A program made the translations under genes and the position numbers. 64,000 nt of DNA from a virus. The DNA is taken from the IMG/VR virus record IMGVR_UViG_3300003937_000247; one strand, written 5' to 3'. Position 1 is the stretch's first letter; every line of letters begins with the position of its first letter. The notes under the pieces are model-generated. The model saw nothing but the letters and a program-made list of their open reading frames with translations. It was not told the DNA's origin and did no database searches. Positions 57,135-64,000 of this stretch are shown here, one piece after another.

Positions 57135-58454
57135 TTAAAATTTGTTGTGGACTAATTTCATCCAGTTATAGTTTCTATGAATGGCCAGTACCGAAGTGAT
57201 CTTATTATTTTCAAAATCAATAACAATGTTTTGACCACCGAAGCCGTCCATAATTAATATAGGTTTATTTCTTTTACCAGACATACCTACATAAAATTGT
57301 CCAGCATACGAGTTTGAATTAGACATACCCTTTGTAGTATCGTTTACTCTAAAACCTTTATCTATTTTATTTTCATATAAAGATTTTAAATATTGTCCTT
57401 CGCAAGTATTATTATTCCAATCATTTAACATTGCAACAGCAATTCTTAAATAATCATATCTTGTTATGTGCATTCCATAAGTTACTGTGGGTTGTTTTCT
57501 TTTTGCACCACGTTGTTTATAAAATACCATATCATATTCAATTCCCACTTTATCAACAAAAATTTCATTTAACATTTTTTTAAATTCTTTATCACCCATT
57601 TTATATAATATATAACTAGCAATTATGTTTGTATTCATATTTGAATACCAATATTTTTTATTTTCTGACGCCGTTGAGTTTTTTAATTCTTTACTTAATA
57701 GACTTTGAACGGAGTGACCGTTAACCCATCTTTTTGAGTTTCTAAAACTTGTATTATCAAAATACTTTTGGTCACCAGCAGCCATATTTAAAAGATTGAT
57801 TAATGGTTGTCCTTCGTATAATGTATTTTCTAAAATATCCCAATTTAATGGTTGATGTATACCATCAACGTATCCTCTACAAACAGCGTGGCCTGTTATG
57901 TATGAGAATATAGATTTACCAACCGAGTTGGAAACGTATCTAGTTTTATTTTTAAAAATTTTACCAAATCTATCTTTAGGAGTAATTTCATCTATCACAA
58001 CCGCACCATTAACATACATTAAATAACTTAATAGTGCTGTTTCATTTAATTGTTCAATTACAAAATCGTCCGTTTTAAGATTAAACTTAAATTCTTTTAT
58101 TTTATTCTTTTTCTTTTTTATTTTAAAGAAAACACGATTCATCTCATTAGGATTACCATAACTAATATATTTTTTTAAATAATGTTTTAAGATTTTATTA
58201 TCTGGAGTTGCATCCTGTGGAATCTCACCTGAATTATAAGGATAACCTTTCGTAGGAGTATTTCTATCATCAATTGTTTTAACTTTAGGTTCTTCTTTAT
58301 CACCACCACACTCATTATAATACCAGAGCATGGAATATTGTTTTTCTGTATTACAATCAAACGCATTCGCTCTCGGTACATAACATAGGAATAAACCTAT
58401 TGTTATAAGTCCCAAAAGTAGATTTATTTTAATTATCGTCCAAATTATTCTCAT
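57135..58454 (-). CDS. serine hydrolase, beta-lactamase/class C-like family, with signal peptide
   Basis: SxxK (SVGKS), LLNMAAG, YSN, DGFGGQ. Confidence 0.8.
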   Translation of the reverse strand: MRIIWTIIKINLLLGLITIGLFLCYVPRANAFDCNTEKQYSMLWYYNECGGDKEEPKVKTIDDRNTPTKGYPYNSGEIPQDATPDNKILKHYLKKYISYGNPNEMNRVFFKIKKKKNKIKEFKFNLKTDDFVIEQLNETALLSYLMYVNGAVVIDEITPKDRFGKIFKNKTRYVSNSVGKSIFSYITGHAVCRGYVDGIHQPLNWDILENTLYEGQPLINLLNMAAGDQKYFDNTSFRNSKRWVNGHSVQSLLSKELKNSTASENKKYWYSNMNTNIIASYILYKMGDKEFKKMLNEIFVDKVGIEYDMVFYKQRGAKRKQPTVTYGMHITRYDYLRIAVAMLNDWNNNTCEGQYLKSLYENKIDKGFRVNDTTKGMSNSNSYAGQFYVGMSGKRNKPILIMDGFGGQNIVIDFENNKITSVLAIHRNYNWMKLVHNKF

Positions 58455-58457
58455 ATA

Positions 58458-58799
58458 TTATCTTTTATAAATTGCAAATGATGTAGCGTGTTGTTTTATA
58501 CAATGTGATTGGTCTCTATTGTAGATACCTGGGATACTAGGACCCCTATATTTAATTCTCCAACTACCGTTCAATTTACCAAAGGCATAATACAACCCTA
58601 ATAGATACATAGGTATATTTTTTGCAATTGATTCTTCATTGTCGGGACTTCTATAAGTTCTTAAAAAAGCGTCAAAGTTATTACTCATATTTTTAAGAGA
58701 AATTCCCTTTATAAAATTTGGGAAAGGTTGTTCGTTTGGAATATTGAAAACAACACCATTTTTCATAAAAGTGTTATTGTTTAATTTTAAAGTACTCAT
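58458..58799 (-). CDS. early hypothetical protein
   Basis: RIKYRGPS...C.K..A..FAIY. Confidence 0.55.
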   Translation of the reverse strand: MSTLKLNNNTFMKNGVVFNIPNEQPFPNFIKGISLKNMSNNFDAFLRTYRSPDNEESIAKNIPMYLLGLYYAFGKLNGSWRIKYRGPSIPGIYNRDQSHCIKQHATSFAIYKR

Positions 58800-59035
58800 T
58801 ATGCAGTCTCCTTTACAAAGTGATAAAATGCAAAGTCATTAGTAGGTGACAATACAGTTTTGTTTTCTAAATTACTTCTTAAATATGATTCTTTAGAGAA
58901 TACACACTCAATAGAATCGGTTTGTATTAATTTATTAATAACTACATCAATTTGAGAATTGATTATATTATTAGTATGTGGATTTTTTTGTATATTCATC
59001 AACGATTTGATGATTTGTGATTTTTCTATTTTCAT
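58799..59035 (-). CDS. early hypothetical protein
   Basis: Coupled ORF. Confidence 0.55.
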   Translation of the reverse strand: MKIEKSQIIKSLMNIQKNPHTNNIINSQIDVVINKLIQTDSIECVFSKESYLRSNLENKTVLSPTNDFAFYHFVKETA

Positions 59036-59292
59036 TATGATATCCTCGCTGGGTCTTGGTTAACAATTTCGTCATATCCGTGAACACCACGAGCAGAGCG
59101 TAAACCGTTGTTTAAAGTATCATATCCGTTTTGGATATGTGAAACTTGGTCGTGTAAATTCATTGAACCACCGTGTGATTCAGAATGCATACGATCCAAA
59201 TTTGATAATATGTTTAAATTTAATTCTATTTGGTCGTTCAATCTTTGCATATTTGCAAGTGCTTGAGCAATCATTTGGTCAGTAGTAATCAT
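59035..59292 (-). CDS. early hypothetical protein
   Basis: Coupled ORF. Confidence 0.55.
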   Translation of the reverse strand: MITTDQMIAQALANMQRLNDQIELNLNILSNLDRMHSESHGGSMNLHDQVSHIQNGYDTLNNGLRSARGVHGYDEIVNQDPARIS

Positions 59293-59672
59293 TATATTCT
59301 TTCATTATTAGAATACCAAATAGACTCATATGTTCCGTCTCCTGATACTCTTTCCGTTTCGTGTACTGGTCCTCTAATTGTAAAGTTCCAATGTTGAAAC
59401 ATTGTGTTGTTAGTGATTAATCTTTTATACATTTTACGTGCTTTTTCTAAAGTCGTATAAGGACCAGCATAATCAGTATGATCCATAAGTTTAAAGTCTA
59501 AATCAGCGTCTCCCATATGCAATTCAGAAATATAATAGTTCTTTTCTAAATGTGCAGGATATTCGGATTTAACTAGTAGGGTTTCCAACATTACTTGTTT
59601 TCTCCCATAGTATAGATTGATAAAAATGCCGAAACTATCATAATTCCGAACATTACAAAAAACATTGCCCAA
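59292..59672 (-). CDS. early hypothetical protein (likely start ~59591)
   Basis: YAGPY.TLEKAR. Confidence 0.5.
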   Translation of the reverse strand: MGNVFCNVRNYDSFGIFINLYYGRKQVMLETLLVKSEYPAHLEKNYYISELHMGDADLDFKLMDHTDYAGPYTTLEKARKMYKRLITNNTMFQHWNFTIRGPVHETERVSGDGTYESIWYSNNERI

Positions 59673-59815
59673 TTGTCATTTCCTAGACAATGTCCTCCAC
59701 AATCCTCAATAAATCCAACTGCCATAATAGCAGCGAATATCGTAGTTAATGAAAATATAAAATTCATAGTGTTTTTCCTTCTGTTTTCTCTCATTATTAT
59801 AAGTATATAATACAC
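59591..59815 (-). CDS. small two-TM early protein (likely start ~59767)
   Basis: AVGFIEDCGGHCLGNDNW. Confidence 0.55.
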   Translation of the reverse strand: MYYILIIMRENRRKNTMNFIFSLTTIFAAIMAVGFIEDCGGHCLGNDNWAMFFVMFGIMIVSAFLSIYTMGENK

Positions 59816-59835
59816 TATTTTTCAACGGAAAACAA
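59807..59835 (-). promoter_or_regulatory. sigma70-type early promoter
   Basis: TTGTTT-N17-TATTAT; TAGTGTATTATATAC is identical to the 22.4 kb promoter. Confidence 0.7.
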
Positions 59836-59906
59836 GCAAAAAATGGTGAAAAAGTCCGTTTTTTTCCCTTATTTTCTGCGATTTTTTGGTATTTTTGGCA
59901 AAAGAT

Positions 59907-59921
59907 GTTCTTATTTTGTTC
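59907..59921. promoter_or_regulatory. alphaproteobacterial LexA-type box
   Basis: GTTC-TTATTTT-GTTC, intergenic, ~70 nt upstream of the minus-strand early -35. Confidence 0.6.
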
Positions 59922-59971
59922 TTTTCCTTGATTTCCCTTGTTTTTTCAACAAAAAGCCGTCATTTCTATCA

Positions 59972-59979
59972 TATAAATA
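59972..59979 (+). promoter_or_regulatory. T4-type late promoter
   Basis: TATAAATA. Confidence 0.75.
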
Positions 59980-60006
59980 GTAGAAACGAACCAAAATGAG
60001 GTAATT

Positions 60007-60219
60007 ATGCCAAAAATGAGAAAGTTTAAATTTACGGATGGAAAAGATTTTAACGAAATAATTGAATCTCTTTCCTTTAAAAAAGCAGTTAAATCTATAC
60101 AAAGAAAAATTGATTTAAAGAAAAATCAAGGTTTATTTTGTGAATGGATTACTAAAAAAGGGAAAGAAATAAAAAGTTGGGTTAAAATGCCTATAGGAAG
60201 AAAGAAAAAATTAGACTAG
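60007..60219 (+). CDS. small basic hypothetical protein
   Basis: GAGG RBS, late promoter. Confidence 0.6.
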   Translation: MPKMRKFKFTDGKDFNEIIESLSFKKAVKSIQRKIDLKKNQGLFCEWITKKGKEIKSWVKMPIGRKKKLD

Positions 60220-60223
60220 ATAA

Positions 60224-60367
60224 ATGAGATTAGCTAAATCTTACGTAGCACACGTAGGAACATATAAAAGAACATCACAATCACAAAGAAAAAGATCCGT
60301 CAAAAAGTCAAGTATGAATAAGAGTAAAAAAAGATCATATAAACCATACAACGCACAAGGGAGGTAA
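60224..60367 (+). CDS. small very basic conserved T4-like protein (47 aa)
   Basis: KRTSQ...SSMNKSKKRSYKPYNAQGR*. Confidence 0.65.
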   Translation: MRLAKSYVAHVGTYKRTSQSQRKRSVKKSSMNKSKKRSYKPYNAQGR

Positions 60368-60371
60368 CATA

Positions 60372-60671
60372 ATGGCTGTAAGAGAGGGAGATAGTCTTAC
60401 AACAGGACACGCTTGTACTGCAATTACTAAATTAGCAATATCTTTAATAAGAACAGTAAAAGCAAATGGTATTCCTGGTGCTGTTGTAGGCACTCCTACT
60501 ATATCACATACTGCCCCACCATTACCTGCTTGCCCAGCACACATTATGTTTTTAAATGCAGGATCACCAAATGTTAAGATAGGCGGTATAAATTGGGGAC
60601 GTATAGGTGATAGTGCTGACCTAGGTGCAATGATTTCAGGTTCTTTAAATGTATTAGCAAATGGTAAGTAA
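60372..60671 (+). CDS. PAAR-repeat spike tip protein (gp5.4-like)
   Basis: REGD....H, V.ANG, H....C..H, GSPNV, RIGD, GS.NV. Confidence 0.88.
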   Translation: MAVREGDSLTTGHACTAITKLAISLIRTVKANGIPGAVVGTPTISHTAPPLPACPAHIMFLNAGSPNVKIGGINWGRIGDSADLGAMISGSLNVLANGK

Positions 60672-60676
60672 TATCT

Positions 60677-60684
60677 TATAAATA
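60677..60684 (+). promoter_or_regulatory. T4-type late promoter
   Basis: TATAAATA before g25. Confidence 0.75.
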
Positions 60685-60689
60685 TAGGT

Positions 60690-61121
60690 ATGGCTTTCTC
60701 AAACTATGACGCAACTACAACAAATAAAAGTAAAAGATCAAATCGTATCTATAGCGATTTGAATTTAAGTTTTACTAAAAATCCTGCTACAAAGGATGTT
60801 GCAAGATTATTTGATGTACAAGCAATTAAGAGAGCTGTTAAAAATATTATTTTAACAAACAAATATGAAAGACCTTTTAATTCAGATTTCGGTTGTAATT
60901 TAAGAGGATTTTTATTTGAAAATATAACTGAACCTTTATTGGTACTAATTAAAGATAGAATATCTATGGCAATTGAAAAATATGAGCCAAGAGTTTCAGT
61001 TGAAGATGTTGTTGTTCAGGATGATGAAGAAAATAATGGTTTAAACATTATGGTTTCTTTTATGGTTAATGGTGTTGAACAACCAATCACAGTATCAACG
61101 TTTTTACAAAGAGTAAGATAA
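60690..61121 (+). CDS. g25: baseplate wedge gp25
   Basis: YSDLNLSF..NP.T.D, AIKRAVKN..LT..YERPF...FG, YEPRV. Confidence 0.95.
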   Translation: MAFSNYDATTTNKSKRSNRIYSDLNLSFTKNPATKDVARLFDVQAIKRAVKNIILTNKYERPFNSDFGCNLRGFLFENITEPLLVLIKDRISMAIEKYEPRVSVEDVVVQDDEENNGLNIMVSFMVNGVEQPITVSTFLQRVR

Positions 61122-61122
61122 A

Positions 61123-62979
61123 ATGGCACAACACAGACTAGAGATATCGGAATTAGATTTTGAAAATATAAAAGGTTCACTAAAAAGATTTCTATCAAAC
61201 CAAAACGAATTTAAAGATTACGATTTTGAAGGAAGTTCAATAGCAGTTCTATTAGACTTACTTTCTTACAACACTCATTATTTAGCTTACAATGCAAATT
61301 TCGTAGCAAACGAAATGTTTATGGACACAGCACAATTAAGAAGTAGTGTTGCGTCATTAGCTAAATTAGTTGGTTATACACCAAACTCATCCAGAGCACC
61401 AGTCGCTGATTTAAAATTAGTAATCAATGATGGTACAGGTTCTTCAATTACAATTCCTGCAGGTACAAAATGGACATCATCAATAGATGGTCTTACATAC
61501 ACGTTTGTTTCCATATCAGACAAAGTTGTACAACCAATTGATGGCGTTTATACTTGCCAAAGTTTAAATGTTTATGAAGGTACCTATGTAACTTACAATT
61601 ATACAGTTGAAGTAAACGATATAGACCAAAGATTTTTAATACCAAGTGATAGAGCAGATACAACTACAATAAAGGTTGTGATACAAAATAGTATTTCAGA
61701 CGTTACACAAAGTACATATACACAAGCAAGTTCAATTACAGAATTAGATAGTACAAGTAAAGTTTATTTTTTACAAGAAGCTGAAGATGGCCAATATGAA
61801 ATATATTTTGGTGATGGTGTTATAGGTAAAAAATTAAATGATGGTAACATTATTAATATAAGTTATATTGTAACAAACAAAACAGAAGCTAATGCTGCTT
61901 CAACATTTAATTTATCAGGTTCTATTTCTGGTTTTACAGATGTAACTACAACTATTAATTCAAATGCTCAAGGTGGTGCTGATCCAGAAAGTTTACAAAG
62001 TATTAAATTTAATGCTCCTAATTTCTATGCGTCACAGGATAGAGCAGTAACAGTAGAAGATTATAAATCAAAAGTAAAACAACTTTATGCTAACACACAA
62101 TCAGTTAGTGCTTGGGGTGGTGAAGACGCTGAAACACCATTTTATGGTAGAGTTTATATTTCTATTTTACCAACAAGTGGTTCAAATTTAACAGACGCAA
62201 CAAAAGAAAGAATTGTAAAAGATTTAAAAAAATATTCAGTTGCTTCAGTTACTCCAGTAATTATTGATTCTGAAACTACAAATATATTATTAACATCAAC
62301 AGTTAAGTTTGATGAAACAAGTACACCAAAAACTGCTGACACTTTAAAATCAAATGTTGTTACAACATTAACAGATTATAATACAAATACTTTACAATCT
62401 TTTGATACAATTTTTAGATACTCAAAACTTTCCAGTTTAATAGACGATACAGACGAAAGTATTTTATCAAATATCACAACAGTTCAATTAAGAAAATCTT
62501 TTTTACCAACAATTGGAACTTCTACAAAATATACAATTAACTTTGCAAACTCATTATACAATCCACATTCAGGACATAATGCAACAGCAGGTGGTATAGT
62601 AAGTTCAACAGGATTTAAAATAGAAGGCGATACTACAAACATTTGGTATTTGGATGATGATGGTGAAGGTAATATAAGAAGATATAGACAAGACGGCTCT
62701 GTTAGAGCATATGGTACTAGTACACAAGGTTCAATTAATTATTCAACAGGACTAGTTGAGGTAAATTCTTTAAATGTTTCTAATATAGAAAATGTTAGAG
62801 GTGTGGCTTCAACAGTTATAGAGATTACAGTAAAACCACAATCAAATGATATAGTACCTATCCGAAATCAAATATTAGAAATGGATATAGCAAATAGTAC
62901 AGTCACAGTTGAGGCTGATGCTCTAGTAGGAGGCTCAGCAAACGCTGGTATAGGATATACCACAACAAGTAGTTACTAA
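61123..62979 (+). CDS. g6: baseplate wedge gp6
   Basis: LDFENIK, DYDFEGS, LSYNTHY, YFGDG..GK, QDRAVT.EDY, WGGE. Confidence 0.96.
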   Translation: MAQHRLEISELDFENIKGSLKRFLSNQNEFKDYDFEGSSIAVLLDLLSYNTHYLAYNANFVANEMFMDTAQLRSSVASLAKLVGYTPNSSRAPVADLKLVINDGTGSSITIPAGTKWTSSIDGLTYTFVSISDKVVQPIDGVYTCQSLNVYEGTYVTYNYTVEVNDIDQRFLIPSDRADTTTIKVVIQNSISDVTQSTYTQASSITELDSTSKVYFLQEAEDGQYEIYFGDGVIGKKLNDGNIINISYIVTNKTEANAASTFNLSGSISGFTDVTTTINSNAQGGADPESLQSIKFNAPNFYASQDRAVTVEDYKSKVKQLYANTQSVSAWGGEDAETPFYGRVYISILPTSGSNLTDATKERIVKDLKKYSVASVTPVIIDSETTNILLTSTVKFDETSTPKTADTLKSNVVTTLTDYNTNTLQSFDTIFRYSKLSSLIDDTDESILSNITTVQLRKSFLPTIGTSTKYTINFANSLYNPHSGHNATAGGIVSSTGFKIEGDTTNIWYLDDDGEGNIRRYRQDGSVRAYGTSTQGSINYSTGLVEVNSLNVSNIENVRGVASTVIEITVKPQSNDIVPIRNQILEMDIANSTVTVEADALVGGSANAGIGYTTTSSY

Positions 62980-62983
62980 TGAG

Positions 62984-64000
62984 ATGGCCAACTTTAAAGA
63001 GAAATTATCAAACCTTTTAACTTCACAAGTACCTGATTTTGTACTTGAAGATCACCCATTATTTTTAGATTTTGTAAAAGCATATTATCAACTATTAGAA
63101 TCAGCAGAAATTACATTAACTAATATTGGTGATCCTGACCATTTAATATTAGAAGGTTCTACAGGTAGTACAATATTATTAGATGGTTCAAATGTAAAAT
63201 ATGATGACAATGGTGATAGAATACTTTTAGAAGATACAAGTTATGGTGATTTTATAAATGGTGAAACAATTACTGGTGCTACATCTGGTGCAACTGCTAT
63301 AGTTTTAGTAGAAGATGTTGATAGTGGTGCTCGTTTATTCGTTACACATCAAAACAAATTTATAGAAGGTGAATTAATTACAGGAGCAGCTTCAAGCGCT
63401 CAGGCAACTATAGGAAAATATAGAGCCAATCCAGTACAAAACATACAACAACTTTTAGATTATGCTGATGTAGATAAAACTATTTCAGCTTTCTTAACTA
63501 AATTTAGAAATTCTTTTTTAACTTCTATACCAGATACTTTACATTCTAGTATTGAAAAAGAACAATTAATTAAAAATGTTAAAACACTATATCAATCAAA
63601 AGGTACAAAACGTGCAAGTGAAATATTTTTTAAATTATTATTCAATGAAACAGCAGAAATAAGATATCCCAAAGATAGTATTTGGAGAGCTTCTGATGGT
63701 AAATGGGATACAAGAAAAATATTACGTTGTTTAGAATTAGGAACTTCAGACGCTTCCAATCTTGTTGGTCAGACAATTACTCAAGCAAATGATCCGTCCG
63801 ATACAGGTGTAAATGAAGCTACTGCTATTGTTGAAGATGTATATAAGTTTATTATTGGTGGCACTACAGTTACAGAATTAGTATTAGGAGATGAATCTGT
63901 TACTGGTACATTTATAGCTGACCAAACTATAACAGGTATAGATAATACAGATTTAGACGTTTTAGTTTCATTGTCTGTTTCTTCTATCATTAATAATAAA
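62984..64000 (+). CDS. g7: baseplate wedge initiator gp7-like (runs off window end; not in ORF track)
   Basis: MANFKEKLSNLLTSQVPDFVLEDHPLFLDFVKAYYQLLE...LYQSKGT...FFKLLF; follows g6. Confidence 0.8.
   Translation, partial: MANFKEKLSNLLTSQVPDFVLEDHPLFLDFVKAYYQLLESAEITLTNIGDPDHLILEGSTGSTILLDGSNVKYDDNGDRILLEDTSYGDFINGETITGATSGATAIVLVEDVDSGARLFVTHQNKFIEGELITGAASSAQATIGKYRANPVQNIQQLLDYADVDKTISAFLTKFRNSFLTSIPDTLHSSIEKEQLIKNVKTLYQSKGTKRASEIFFKLLFNETAEIRYPKDSIWRASDGKWDTRKILRCLELGTSDASNLVGQTITQANDPSDTGVNEATAIVEDVYKFIIGGTTVTELVLGDESVTGTFIADQTITGIDNTDLDVLVSLSVSSIINNK

Noticed and set aside
60258-60273. GAAC-N8-GAAC as a fourth LexA box
   Set aside because: The spacer is 8 rather than 7, and the site is inside a coding region.
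1-64000. CRISPR arrays, rRNA, integrase, IS elements, DGR reverse transcriptase; many short antisense ORFs in the track
   Set aside because: No regularly spaced repeats or diagnostic motifs were seen. The antisense and nested ORFs are shadows of well-supported genes.

Overview
AT-rich (roughly 30% GC by eye) 64-kb segment of a T4-like myovirus, most consistent with the marine SAR11-type pelagimyophages (HTVC008M-like). The alphaproteobacterial host assignment is inferred from a circularly permuted tmRNA, an AapJ-type binding protein and GAAC-N7-GAAC boxes. Core T4-like genes: g61 primase, nrdA/nrdB, glutaredoxin, g33, g59, g32, g4, g2, g54, g26/g51, g29-like, g48, g53, g27-like, g5, PAAR, g25, g6 and the start of g7. 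Also present are spanins, an M15 peptidase, sigma70-type early promoters (gcTTGAC-N17-TAnnnT) and T4 late promoters (TATAAATA). Accessory content: (i) a divergent, late-promoter-driven csgF-csgG-curlin-like-FecR operon paired with a CHASE2 adenylate cyclase; (ii) three alphaproteobacterial LexA-type boxes, each upstream of an early promoter; (iii) an unannotated 45-aa metallothionein-like gene between nrdA and nrdB; (iv) a structured RNA candidate enclosed by a perfect 24-bp inverted repeat; (v) a -1 slippery site joining g26 to g51; (vi) Fe-S/iron genes, a radical-SAM/split-SPASM/QueC-like island, a SET protein, a 2H phosphoesterase and an orphan ApaLI-like endonuclease. All family calls are by motif recognition, not database search.
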